NCBI GenBank assembly: GCA_965222035.1
Contig: OZ244940.1
Coordinates: 899,015-963,014, forward strand
Direction: 5' to 3'
Length of the DNA: 64,000 bases
Origin: Candidatus Amphirhobacter sp.
GTDB lineage: Bacteria > Pseudomonadota > Gammaproteobacteria > Tethybacterales > Tethybacteraceae
Under the pieces are notes generated by a model, which made no database searches, had not been told where the DNA came from, and saw only the letters and a program-made list of their open reading frames with translations. The position numbers and the translations under genes were made by a program. Positions 20,770 to 29,731 of this stretch are shown piece after piece (position 1 is the stretch's first letter; each line of letters starts with the position of its first letter).

Positions 20770-20873
20770 GCGGCTGGCGGCCAAGCCGCGCCAGCGGCCA
20801 GGTCGTCAGCCTGCAGGAGTGGTGGGACCGGCTGGATGCCTGCAAATTGAGAGGCGGCTAAATCCCGCCATAC

Positions 20874-20901
20874 TTGTTTTTCGGCAATTTAGGGCTATAA
20901 T
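20874..20901 (+). promoter_or_regulatory. Sigma70-like promoter
   Basis: TTGTTT-16-TATAAT, 8 nt before ATG. Confidence 0.65.
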
Positions 20902-20909
20902 AACCACAA

Positions 20910-21356
20910 ATGCCCGGTCACAAAGCCATCGCCATCGCGAACCTCTATGTTCAGCGTGCGCTAGACAACGGCCATGACTTGACCATCATGCCGCTGATGA
21001 AGTACATCTACTTCGCTCATGGCTGGACCCTGGGCTATACAGGCCAGCCGCTCATCCAGGAGGATATCATCTCTTGGAGGCTGGGTCCGGCAATCCCGGA
21101 GGTATACGACGCCTTCAAAGAAAAAGGCTTCATCATCGGCAGCCAGGTCGAGGGCGAGGAGTTCAACTGCGAACTCACCGACGAAGAGAAAAGAATCGTC
21201 TTCGGCGTGTTCGATGATTACTCACGCTTCAAGCCATGGACTCTCTCTAAAATCACCCATGCAAGGGAAACACCGTGGTATAAATATCGGCGGAAGAGAG
21301 GGTCTGTGATACCCAATGATGTGATTGAGCAATATTACAAGGAACGCAAGCAATAG
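20910..21356 (+). CDS. Panacea/SocA (DUF4065) family antitoxin, copy 2
   Basis: LMKYIYFAHGW, W.LGP.IPEVY, LSKITH..TPW. Confidence 0.85.
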   Translation: MPGHKAIAIANLYVQRALDNGHDLTIMPLMKYIYFAHGWTLGYTGQPLIQEDIISWRLGPAIPEVYDAFKEKGFIIGSQVEGEEFNCELTDEEKRIVFGVFDDYSRFKPWTLSKITHARETPWYKYRRKRGSVIPNDVIEQYYKERKQ

Positions 21357-21357
21357 C

Positions 21358-21813
21358 ATGGCCAAACAGCCTTCATTTTCCGGCAAGGAAACCGACGAGC
21401 AAGCCGGCAAGGAAAGTCTGGACATCCGCTCCTTTGTGTATGCTTACCTTGAGTCTCAATCATCCGAAGAGGCTGAGAAGATACGGAAAGGGCAAGAGCG
21501 CAAGGAGTTCATTTTCTCCCTGAGCGTCCGGTCCGCTGCCGCCGGTACGGCGCTTGCAGCTGTCTTGTTCCTGTATCTCCAGCTATACCGGATCATTGGT
21601 GACTGGTCCTCGCTTCAAGAGGGACACCCAGCAGTCCTGACAGCCTTGGTGTCGGGCATCATCATCAGCACCACAGCGCTGCTAGGCTTCCTAATCACTA
21701 GCACTTTTCGCAACGCTGATAAGGACAAGCCTGTGCATCCCATGCAGAACTTTCTCAGCAATCCTAACGTGAGTAGGATTTTCAACCTCAGCGTGCAGGC
21801 GCCGCTCGAATAA
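21358..21813 (+). CDS. Two-TM membrane protein, putative Panacea-associated toxin, copy 2
   Basis: ATG 1 nt after Panacea stop as in copy 1; near-identical C-terminal half (HPAVLTA...RIFNLSVQAPL). Confidence 0.65.
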   Translation: MAKQPSFSGKETDEQAGKESLDIRSFVYAYLESQSSEEAEKIRKGQERKEFIFSLSVRSAAAGTALAAVLFLYLQLYRIIGDWSSLQEGHPAVLTALVSGIIISTTALLGFLITSTFRNADKDKPVHPMQNFLSNPNVSRIFNLSVQAPLE

Positions 21814-21860
21814 GCTAACGAGCGGGCGATTTAACTGCCGCTTCAAGAATAAATATAGTC

Positions 21861-22031
21861 ATGATTGACAAATCATTGCCCTACCAGGAAATCGAAGAAG
21901 ATGACCTGGACCTCGAACTAGAGGAAGAAATCAAGCAAATGGAGCGGGAGGCCGACCGCCAGGAGTTCTTCCTCTACGTACTCCTCGGCTTCATGCTGGC
22001 CTGGGGCTGCGGCCTCTTTATGGACGACTAG
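21861..22031 (+). CDS. 56-aa acidic micro-protein with C-terminal TM helix (not in ORF track)
   Basis: Hand translation MIDKSLPYQEIEEDDLDLELEEEIKQMEREADRQEFFLYVLLGFMLAWGCGLFMDD; paralogous pseudogene at 20587. Confidence 0.6.
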   Translation: MIDKSLPYQEIEEDDLDLELEEEIKQMEREADRQEFFLYVLLGFMLAWGCGLFMDD

Positions 22032-22067
22032 CCTGCGCCGCTAGCAACTGGCGGCCAAGCGCGCGCG

Positions 22068-22532
22068 ATGGCCGACACTTTAACCCCGCAGCAACGCAGC
22101 CAGTTGATGGCGCGCATCCGCGGCAAGGACACCAAGATCGAGCTGCTCGTCCGCCGCGCGCTGCACGGCCTGAAGTTCCGCTATCAACTGCACGACCGCC
22201 GCTTGCCCGGTCGACCCGACATGGTCCTGCCCAAATACCGGGCGGTGATTTTCATCCACGGCTGCTTCTGGCACGGCCACGACTGCGCGTTGCATCGCCC
22301 GCCCTCTTCCAACAAACTATACTGGCGCGACAAGATCACGCGCAATCAGGAACGGGACGCCGCGGCGCTCAAGCAACTGCGCCGCGACGGCTGGCGCTGC
22401 CTGGTGATCTGGGAATGCGCCCTGCGCGGACCGCAGCGGCGCGATTTCGACCGCAGCATCGCCGCGATCGACAGCTGGCTGCGCGGCGACGCGCGCTCCA
22501 AGACCATCCGGGGCAAGACCCAGCGCAAATAA
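22068..22532 (+). CDS. vsr: Very short patch repair endonuclease
   Basis: RS.LMARIRGKDT, LPGRPD, FIHGCFWHGH, IWEC. Confidence 0.93.
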   Translation: MADTLTPQQRSQLMARIRGKDTKIELLVRRALHGLKFRYQLHDRRLPGRPDMVLPKYRAVIFIHGCFWHGHDCALHRPPSSNKLYWRDKITRNQERDAAALKQLRRDGWRCLVIWECALRGPQRRDFDRSIAAIDSWLRGDARSKTIRGKTQRK

Positions 22533-22544
22533 GCCGCCCGGCGC

Positions 22545-23003
22545 TCAGGCGTCGAGCTGCTTGAGCTTCTCGACCTTCGGGGCCGAGCGCCCGCCCTGGA
22601 ATTCATTGCGCAGGTAAATGTCAACCAGCATCTTCGCTACCGACGGGCCCGTGATCAGGGCGCCGAAGCTGATCACCTGCGCGTCGTTCGAAGCAATGGC
22701 GCGCTCGGCGGTGTACGGATCGGTCACGCAGACTGCCCGGACGCCGGCGACCTTGTTCGCCGCGATCGCCATGCCCGCGCCGGTCCCGCAGATCAGGATG
22801 CCGCGCTCGAACTCGCCCGCGGCCAGCCGCCGCGCCAGCTCAGCGCCGATGTCCGGATAATCGACCGGCTGCTCATCGTCCACACCGATATCACTGATCT
22901 CGGCGCCGTTCGCGCGCAGATGCGCGGCCAGCTCATTCTTGAGCGCCAGGCCGAGATGGTCGCAGCCCAGTCCCAGCTTGGTGGCTAGATACGGCGCGCT
23001 CAT
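22545..23003 (-). CDS. RpiB/LacAB family sugar-phosphate isomerase
   Basis: GCDH, DYPD, CGTGAG, ANKV.GVRA. Confidence 0.9.
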   Translation of the reverse strand: MSAPYLATKLGLGCDHLGLALKNELAAHLRANGAEISDIGVDDEQPVDYPDIGAELARRLAAGEFERGILICGTGAGMAIAANKVAGVRAVCVTDPYTAERAIASNDAQVISFGALITGPSVAKMLVDIYLRNEFQGGRSAPKVEKLKQLDA

Positions 23004-23947
23004 GCCGACAACCGGGGCAATTCCTTGCTGCGCGCCAAGGTGTCCTCAAAGGAGATGATGCCAGCATCCGAGCCCAGGCCCGTCGCCACCAAAGCCGCGG
23101 CCGCCTGGGCGAAGTCCAGGGCCTGCTCAGGATTCATCTGGCGATGCAGCGCCGTGATGAAGCCGGCGTCGAAGGCATCGCCGCAGCCGGTGGTGTCGGT
23201 CACATCGATGGCGTAGGCGGGCGCCTGCAGGCGCGTGCCGTCGGCATGGGCGTAGTACGCGCCCTCGGGCCCGAGGGTGAAGACGCAGCAGGTCGCGCCC
23301 TTGTCCAGATAGAAGGCCGCGCAGTCCGCTGCGTCCTGCTGGTCGGACATGTCGCGCGCCTCTTCGATCGAGGGCATGAAATAATCAATGTGAGGCAGCA
23401 GCGGCTCGACCAGGGCAATCGTCTCCGCGGTCGCCGCGATCAAATCGAAGGTCACGATACGGTCCCGCTTCTTGGCCTCGGCCAGCAGCTTGGCGCTGCG
23501 CTCGCCATCGAGCTTCTGCAGCAGCCCGGTCCCGCCCAGATGGATGATCGGCGCGGCCAGCACCTGGTCGTACATGGCGGCCTCGACATCGAAATGGTCG
23601 GAGGCCCCGCGCAGATGCAAGGCGGGCCGGTCGCCGTTCGGCCGGACATTGAGAATGGTCGCGGAAGTGGGCACGCCCGGCAGGCGCTGCATGGCCGCAG
23701 TGTCCACGCCGAAGCTCTTGAGAGTCGCGATGACGAAATCGGCCTTCTCATCATCGCCGACCGCGCCGACCGCCAGCGTCTTGAGGCCGAGCTTGGCGCA
23801 GTCGACCACCGTCCCGCCTGCGGTACCCGCCACCGTCAGGCGAATCTCATCGATGAATTCGACATTGCCCTTGTCCGGAATGCGCTCGACTGGCCGCCCC
23901 AGCACATCCAGGATGTACAGGCCTATCACCGCTACGTCATGATCCAT
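23000..23947 (-). CDS. PfkB family carbohydrate kinase
   Basis: DTTGCGDAFDAG signature. Confidence 0.9.
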   Translation of the reverse strand: MDHDVAVIGLYILDVLGRPVERIPDKGNVEFIDEIRLTVAGTAGGTVVDCAKLGLKTLAVGAVGDDEKADFVIATLKSFGVDTAAMQRLPGVPTSATILNVRPNGDRPALHLRGASDHFDVEAAMYDQVLAAPIIHLGGTGLLQKLDGERSAKLLAEAKKRDRIVTFDLIAATAETIALVEPLLPHIDYFMPSIEEARDMSDQQDAADCAAFYLDKGATCCVFTLGPEGAYYAHADGTRLQAPAYAIDVTDTTGCGDAFDAGFITALHRQMNPEQALDFAQAAAALVATGLGSDAGIISFEDTLARSKELPRLSA

Positions 23948-24000
23948 GGCTGCTGCTCCTCCTTCCTAGATAGGATTCTAACCTTGCCCGCCAAGCGGGG

Positions 24001-24088
24001 CGGAGAGAGAGGGATTCGAACCCTCGATACGGGAAAACCGTATACACGCTTTCCAAGCGTGCGCCTTCGACCGCTCGGCCACCTCTCC
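24001..24088 (-). tRNA. tRNA-Ser(GGA)
   Basis: GGAGAGG acceptor, anticodon loop TTGGAAA, long variable arm, GGTTCGAATCC; CCA not encoded. Confidence 0.95.
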
Positions 24089-24095
24089 GTGTATC

Positions 24096-25988
24096 TTACT
24101 TGCCCTTGGTGTGGATCTCGACCAGCGCCTCATTGGGCTTGACCGCGTCGCCGACGCTGACCAGGATCGCGACCACCGTCCCCGCGATCGGCGCTTCGAT
24201 CTCGTTCTCCATCTTCATGGCCTCGATCACCAGGACCGCCTCGCCCTGCTTGACCTCCTGCCCTTCCTTGACCAGCACCTGGACCACGTTGCCCGGCATC
24301 GGCGTCGAGACGTGCCCGGGCTTGCTCGCCCGCGGCAGGCCGTCCCGGCCGGCGCCCGGCTTGGCCGCCGCATCGGCGTCGACCGGCGCCAGATCCAGGG
24401 TCTCGAGCAGCACCTCCTCGGTAACGCCATCGACGGTGAAGAACATCGGGCGCTGCTCGGCCGATTTCATGCCCGCGCCGGTCAGCTTGATGTGGAAGGT
24501 CTCGCCGTGCAGCGTTACGTTGAACTCGCTCGGCGCCTGGCCTGCTGAGTCGGGACTGGGTGCGGGTGCGCCCGGCGCCGGGGCCGGCAGCAGTTCCTCG
24601 GGCTTGAGCTGCCCGGCGGCGCGCTCCTGCAGATAAGCCCGGGCGATCTCCGGGAACATCGCATAGGTCAGGATGTCCTCGTCGCTGGTCGCGAGCGAGC
24701 CGATCTCGCCGCGGATCTTGTCGAGCTCGCTGCCGCCGAGCAGGTCGGCGGGCCGGCAGGTGATCACCTCCTCGTCTCCAATCGCCTCTTGGCGGACCTC
24801 TTCGTTAACCGAGCCCGGCGTCGCGCCGTACAGGCCGCGCAGCAGGTTCTTGATCTCCTTGGTCACCGTCTGATAGCGCTTGCCGCCGCCCACCACATTG
24901 AAGACCGCCTGGGTCCCGACGATCTGCGAGGTCGGCGTGACCAGCGGCGGATAGCCCAAATCGGCGCGCACCCGGGGGATTTCCTCCAAGACCTCGTCGA
25001 TCTTGTCGAGCGCGCCCTGCTCCTTGAGCTGGTTGGTCAGGTTGGAGATCATCCCGCCGGGGACGTGGTGCTTGAGCACTCGCGGATCGACGTTGGTGAA
25101 ACTGCTCTCGAACTGCCAGTATTTGCGGCGCACCACCCGGAAGTAGTCCGCGATGCTCTCGAGCTGGGCCGGGTCCAGGCCGGGATCGCGGGGCGTGCCC
25201 TGCAGCGCGGCGCACATGGTCTCGGTCGCCGGATGCGAAGCGCCCTCGGCGAACGGCGAGATCGCGGTGTCGATGATGTCGGCGCCGGCCTCGGCGGCGC
25301 GCAGCATGCACATGCCGGCCAGGCCCGAAGTGTAGTGGCTGTGTACCGCCACCGGCAGGCCGACCTCCGCTTTCAGCCGCGATACCAGCTCAAAGCAGGC
25401 CGGCGGCGTCATGATGCCGGCCATGTCCTTGATGGCGACGCTGGCGCAGCCGGCGTCGGCGAAGCGCTTGGCGAGCTCGACAAAGCCCGTCAGGTCGTGC
25501 ACCGGGCTGGTGGTGTAGGAAATGGCCCCCTGGGCGTGCTTGCCCGCGTCCTTGATAGCTTGCAGGCAGACTTCCATGTTGCGGAAGTCGTTGAGAGCGT
25601 CAAAGACGCGAAAGACGTCGATGCCGTTGTCCGCGGCCTTGGCGACGAAGGAGCGTACGACATCGTCGGCGTAGTGGCGGTAGCCGAGCAGGTTCTGGCC
25701 CCGCAGCAGCATCTGCAGCCGGGTGTTCGGGAGTACCTGGCGCAATTTGCGCAGGCGTTCCCAGGGGTCCTCACGCAAAAAGCGCACGCAGGCGTCGAAG
25801 GTCGCGCCGCCCCAGGCTTCGAGGGACCAGAAGCCGACCTTGTCGAGTTTCTCGCAAATCGGCAGCATGTCGTCCAGGGACATGCGGGTCGCGATCAGCG
25901 ACTGGTGCCCGTCCCGCAAGACCAGCTCGGTGATCTTGAGGGGCTCGGCCGCCGCGGCCCCCTGCTTGCTCGCCTGCTTCTTTGCCAT
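24096..25988 (-). CDS. oadA: Oxaloacetate decarboxylase alpha / pyruvate carboxylase subunit B (carboxyltransferase + biotin carrier)
   Basis: LRDGHQS, GGATFD, VTPTSQIVG, EAMKM; could equally be pycB. Confidence 0.88.
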   Translation of the reverse strand: MAKKQASKQGAAAAEPLKITELVLRDGHQSLIATRMSLDDMLPICEKLDKVGFWSLEAWGGATFDACVRFLREDPWERLRKLRQVLPNTRLQMLLRGQNLLGYRHYADDVVRSFVAKAADNGIDVFRVFDALNDFRNMEVCLQAIKDAGKHAQGAISYTTSPVHDLTGFVELAKRFADAGCASVAIKDMAGIMTPPACFELVSRLKAEVGLPVAVHSHYTSGLAGMCMLRAAEAGADIIDTAISPFAEGASHPATETMCAALQGTPRDPGLDPAQLESIADYFRVVRRKYWQFESSFTNVDPRVLKHHVPGGMISNLTNQLKEQGALDKIDEVLEEIPRVRADLGYPPLVTPTSQIVGTQAVFNVVGGGKRYQTVTKEIKNLLRGLYGATPGSVNEEVRQEAIGDEEVITCRPADLLGGSELDKIRGEIGSLATSDEDILTYAMFPEIARAYLQERAAGQLKPEELLPAPAPGAPAPSPDSAGQAPSEFNVTLHGETFHIKLTGAGMKSAEQRPMFFTVDGVTEEVLLETLDLAPVDADAAAKPGAGRDGLPRASKPGHVSTPMPGNVVQVLVKEGQEVKQGEAVLVIEAMKMENEIEAPIAGTVVAILVSVGDAVKPNEALVEIHTKGK

Positions 25989-26037
25989 GGGGTTAAGAGG
26001 GTTAATTTTAACTAACCGGCAGGCCCCGGCCGGGCCG

Positions 26038-27165
26038 TCAGCGCGGGCGCCAGATCCTGCCGCCCGTACTAGGGACAGCGACGCCAGTGGTGAGTGGATA
26101 AGTATATGGCAGGCCGTAGCGGCTGCGCGCGGCCAGGCAGGCGAACAGCTCCGCCTCGATGGCGTCCCCGTCCACGCCCAGCGCGTCGATGGGAGCCCAG
26201 GCGCAGGCGGGCGCGGCCGCGGCCAGCAGCTCCGCCAGCACTGGATTGCGGCGCCCGCCACCCGCCAGATAGGCCCGCTTCGGCGGGGCTGGCAGCAGTT
26301 CGAGCCCGCGGCGGACAGCGGCGGCGGTACCCGCCGCCAGGGTCGCGAGCGCGTCCGGCGGCCCCAGATCCCGGACGGCGGCCAGCCAGCCGTGGAACTG
26401 CTGCCGGTCGGCGGATTTCGGATAGGGCGCGGCCACATAAGGATCAGCCAAGAAGCCTTCCAGGACCGCGGCGTCCGCCTGGCCCTCGCGGGCGCAGCGG
26501 CCGTCCTCATCCAGCGGCTGGTCCAGGCGCTCCCGGGCACAGTCATCGAGCAGGGCGTTGCCCGGGCCGGTGTCGAAGGCCACCATGCGCTCGGGCGCGT
26601 CGGGCGCCGGCAACCAGGTGAGATTGGCGATGCCGCCGAGATTGAGGATCACCAGCGGATAATCATCCGGCTGCAGTCGCTCCCGCGCCAGCATGGCGTG
26701 GTACAGCGGCGCCAGCGGCGCGCCCTGCCCGCCGGCGGCGAGGTCGGCCTGGCGGAAATCGCCGACAACGGGCACCCCCAGGCGGTCGGCGAGGCGCTGG
26801 CAGTCGCCCAGCTGGATGCTCAGGCCCTCAGCGGGCGCATGCAGGACGGTCTGCCCGTGACAGCCGACGAGGTCGACAGCGTCGCGGTCGATACCGGCCT
26901 CAGCGAGACAAGCTTCGATGGCCGCGCCGAATTCATCGGCGATCATCGCCGCGAGCTGCGGCTGCGGCGCCCGCGCCTGCCGCGCATCGGCGACCACCGG
27001 CGCGAGCGCGGCGGCCAGCTCAGCGGACAGCGGGCGGGCGGCGGCGGCGCGGCGGGCCAGGACCGCAGCGCCGTCGGTCTGCAGCACCGCGACGTCGACG
27101 GCGTCCATGGAGGTCCCGCAAATAGCGCCTACGCACAGCAGCGGAGATGGGGCGGGGGCTTGCAA
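26038..27165 (-). CDS. anmK: Anhydro-N-acetylmuramic acid kinase
   Basis: GTSMD, HGQT, GGQGAPL, NLGGIAN, FDTGPGN; start uncertain. Confidence 0.9.
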   Translation of the reverse strand: MQAPAPSPLLCVGAICGTSMDAVDVAVLQTDGAAVLARRAAAARPLSAELAAALAPVVADARQARAPQPQLAAMIADEFGAAIEACLAEAGIDRDAVDLVGCHGQTVLHAPAEGLSIQLGDCQRLADRLGVPVVGDFRQADLAAGGQGAPLAPLYHAMLARERLQPDDYPLVILNLGGIANLTWLPAPDAPERMVAFDTGPGNALLDDCARERLDQPLDEDGRCAREGQADAAVLEGFLADPYVAAPYPKSADRQQFHGWLAAVRDLGPPDALATLAAGTAAAVRRGLELLPAPPKRAYLAGGGRRNPVLAELLAAAAPACAWAPIDALGVDGDAIEAELFACLAARSRYGLPYTYPLTTGVAVPSTGGRIWRPR

Positions 27166-27250
27166 TTTAACTTTTAAACAACTAAGTAAGGGCAAGTCGC
27201 TATTTTAGGCAAGGATGCGGGTTGCCGCATTGGTTTATGCCGCATAATAA

Positions 27251-27319
27251 CGGGCATTCCTGCCAGGCGGGAAGCCTGCCAGGAAGCAGCGGCCACGCTG
27301 TCTTGGAGCAGGAAGCCCG
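27251..27319 (+). other. Candidate structured RNA leader (three-way junction) upstream of MFS gene
   Basis: Three complementary stems visible by eye; no family recognised. Confidence 0.35.
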
Positions 27320-27346
27320 GGACCTGCGAGAATCAACCCATATCTG

Positions 27347-28552
27347 ATGAAACATTCGACCTTCACCATCATCTTCCTGGGACTGCTGCTCGGGACCGGC
27401 CCGGCCGCGGTCGACAGCTACGCGCCGATCCTGGTCTTCGTCGCGGACGACCTGGCCGTGCCCGCCACCAGCGCCCAGCTGGGCCTGTCGGTGGTGCTGT
27501 TCGCCATGGGCCTCGGCCAGATCATCATGGGCCCGATCGCGGACCGCTGGGGCCGGACCCGCCCGCTGTATGCGGGCGTGCTCCTGATGATTGTCGGCTC
27601 GCTGCTGTCCTTGTTGGCGCCGAACATCGAAGTGCTGCTGCTCGGGCGCCTGCTGCAGGGCCTGGGCGCCGCGACCGGCCAGATCCTGGTGCGGGCCATC
27701 CTGCGCGATTTGTACTCGGGCCCGGCGCTCGCCCACGCCACCGCCACGGTCACGGCCATCATGGCGGTCGTGGTGCTGATGTCGCCGCCGGCCGGCTACC
27801 TGCTCGCGCACGCCTTCGGCTGGCGCTCCATGTTCTTCGCCCTGCTCGCCTATGGCGTCGTGCTGCTGCTGTTCGCGCGGTGGAAATACACCGAGACCCT
27901 CGACAAGCCCAATCCGCACGCCCTGCGGCCGGCCTCGATGCTGCGGGCGGCCCACAAGATCTTCGTCCACCCGCAGTCGTGCCGTTTCCTGCTCGTGCTG
28001 CTGATCGGCGGCTTCGCCATGTTCTCGTATGTCGTCAGCTCGCCGGTCGTCTACGCCACCAGCTACGCGACCACCGGGACGAAGTTCGCGCTGCTGTACA
28101 GCAGCATGGGCGTCGGCGCGCTGATCGGCCAATTGCTCAACCGCTGGCTAATCAACAGCATCGGCACGGTCCCGACGATGATCCTGGCGCTGGGCTGCAC
28201 CGCCGCGGCGCTGGCGCTCGGCCTGCTGCTGCAGCTGCTCGACCTGATGAACGCCTACGGCTTCGCGGCCACGCTGTTCGTCTTCGCCGCCGGCTTTCTC
28301 ATGGCGGTCTCGAACGCGACCGCGCTGGTGATGGATCCGCACGGCCGCTACGCCGGCTTCGCCGCGAGCCTGGTCGGGACGCTGTCGTTCGTGATCGGCT
28401 CGATCGTCGGGACCGCCATCGCGCGCTACGCCGCCGGCGACGCGGTCATCATCCTGGCGAGCATGCTCGCGAGCGTGCTGGTCTGCCTGGCGCTCACGGC
28501 CGATTGGCTGTGGCAAGCGCGGCACCGGCATCCGGAGGCGGTGACCACTTGA
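27347..28552 (+). CDS. Bcr/CflA family MFS efflux transporter
   Basis: GPIADRWGR motif A, GRLLQGLG, ETL; ~12 TM. Confidence 0.88.
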   Translation: MKHSTFTIIFLGLLLGTGPAAVDSYAPILVFVADDLAVPATSAQLGLSVVLFAMGLGQIIMGPIADRWGRTRPLYAGVLLMIVGSLLSLLAPNIEVLLLGRLLQGLGAATGQILVRAILRDLYSGPALAHATATVTAIMAVVVLMSPPAGYLLAHAFGWRSMFFALLAYGVVLLLFARWKYTETLDKPNPHALRPASMLRAAHKIFVHPQSCRFLLVLLIGGFAMFSYVVSSPVVYATSYATTGTKFALLYSSMGVGALIGQLLNRWLINSIGTVPTMILALGCTAAALALGLLLQLLDLMNAYGFAATLFVFAAGFLMAVSNATALVMDPHGRYAGFAASLVGTLSFVIGSIVGTAIARYAAGDAVIILASMLASVLVCLALTADWLWQARHRHPEAVTT

Positions 28553-28636
28553 CACAACTGACCAGGGTGGTCCTATAATAGGCAGTCCCACTTCTCCCCC
28601 GACATTGCCCAACCCCTTCCACTACGGTAAAATCGG

Positions 28637-28843
28637 ATGACAATGAGCGAGAAAAGTCTCAAGCAGCTCACGAAGAAGGAGATAGCCAAAGAGTTCCTGC
28701 TTGCGGGGCTCGAGGATTTGCTGACGGGAGGGGCAGGGTATCCGAGGGAAATCTCCCTGACAATCCAGTGGAAGAACCGTACATATACTTTCGGTTCTCC
28801 GCAGCAAGAGAACGCTAAGGGTCAAAGCCAGAGCAAGCGCTAG
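28637..28843 (+). CDS. Small hypothetical protein
   Basis: Fills an intergenic gap after a TAAAAT box; may start at 28643. Confidence 0.45.
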   Translation: MTMSEKSLKQLTKKEIAKEFLLAGLEDLLTGGAGYPREISLTIQWKNRTYTFGSPQQENAKGQSQSKR

Positions 28844-28951
28844 TCAGCAAGGACGCCGCGCATGACGCTGCTTTTTTGCTTGACCTCCTAAAATAGGCGG
28901 CGTGAAGCAGCGGCGCCAGGCAGATGGCAGGACCCGGATCCTTACCCCTCG

Positions 28952-29731
28952 ATGACCACCGAGCCTGATTATGAGGTCTCGGTGCTCCTGCCGCTGTACA
29001 ACGAGGCCCAGCGCCTGCCACGCACCTACCCGCAATTCCTGGCCTTCCTCGACAGCTCGGCCGAGCGCCAGGCCCGGGCCGAGTTGGTCCTCATCGACGA
29101 CCTGTCCGAGGACGAAACCTGGCCTCTGCTCGAACGCTACGCCCGGGAACGCCCGGACGTCCAGGCCGTGCGGCTGCCGGCCCACGGCGGCAAGGGCGCA
29201 GCGCTGCGGCTGGGCGCGGCCCACGCCAAGGGACGCACGCTGCTGACGGTCGATTGCGACCTGTCCACCGACTTCAGCTACTATCCGCCCTTCGCTGAGC
29301 TGCTCAAGGAATACGATATCGTGTTCGGCTCGCGGCGCGCGCCCGGCGCCCACATCGCCAAGAGCCAGAATCTCTACAAGCGCACCGTCGGCAGGATGGC
29401 CAAGGTGCTCATCAACCTGATCAACGGCTGGGAGTACGGCGACGTGACCTGCGGCTTCAAGATCTACGGGCCCCGGACGCGCGGGCTGTTCAAGCACACC
29501 GTGCTCGACAGCGTGCTGATGGAGAGCGAAATGCTCAACTTCGCGCGCCTCACCGGCTTGAAGGCCAAGGAAGAGCCGGTGGTCTGGATCAATGACGCCG
29601 ACACCCGCATCGGCATGCGCAGCTATCTGCATGCGATGTATGAGCTGCTGGTCATGCGCCTGCGCTTTGCGACCGGGCGCTACGACCTGGCCGCCATCAA
29701 GCAAGCCATCAAGGACGCTTCCGACCGTTGA
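28952..29731 (+). CDS. Glycosyltransferase family 2 (polyprenol-phosphate sugar transferase-like)
   Basis: PLYNE, DD.SED, GKG.A, DCD, D..CGFK. Confidence 0.88.
   Translation: MTTEPDYEVSVLLPLYNEAQRLPRTYPQFLAFLDSSAERQARAELVLIDDLSEDETWPLLERYARERPDVQAVRLPAHGGKGAALRLGAAHAKGRTLLTVDCDLSTDFSYYPPFAELLKEYDIVFGSRRAPGAHIAKSQNLYKRTVGRMAKVLINLINGWEYGDVTCGFKIYGPRTRGLFKHTVLDSVLMESEMLNFARLTGLKAKEEPVVWINDADTRIGMRSYLHAMYELLVMRLRFATGRYDLAAIKQAIKDASDR

Larger units (their letters stand above)
19510..20787. repeat. Tandem duplication unit 1 (~1.28 kb): Gfo 3' end + Panacea + membrane gene + micro-gene
   Basis: Collinear similarity with 20788-22066, including the ~85-bp Gfo 3' end, promoter and gene ends; boundaries approximate. 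Confidence 0.85.
20788..22066. repeat. Tandem duplication unit 2
   Basis: Begins with a stranded copy of the Gfo 3' end (GTCGTCAGCCTGCAGGAGTGGTGGGACCGG); boundaries approximate. Confidence 0.85.

Noticed and set aside
23990-24095. tRNA-Ser and tRNA-Thr (49815-49887) as integration sites; both lack encoded CCA
   Set aside because: No duplicated tRNA 3' ends or integrase found; non-encoded CCA is common
24096-25988. oadA/pycB without partner subunits, and trpB2 (48380-49747) without trpA
   Set aside because: Partners may lie elsewhere; stand-alone trpB2 is the normal arrangement
27251-27330. Resemblance to SRP RNA (AGGAAGCAGC) or a cobalamin riboswitch end (AAGCCCGGGACCTGC)
   Set aside because: The SRP helix 8 geometry and the 5' cobalamin core are not present; kept only as an unassigned structure
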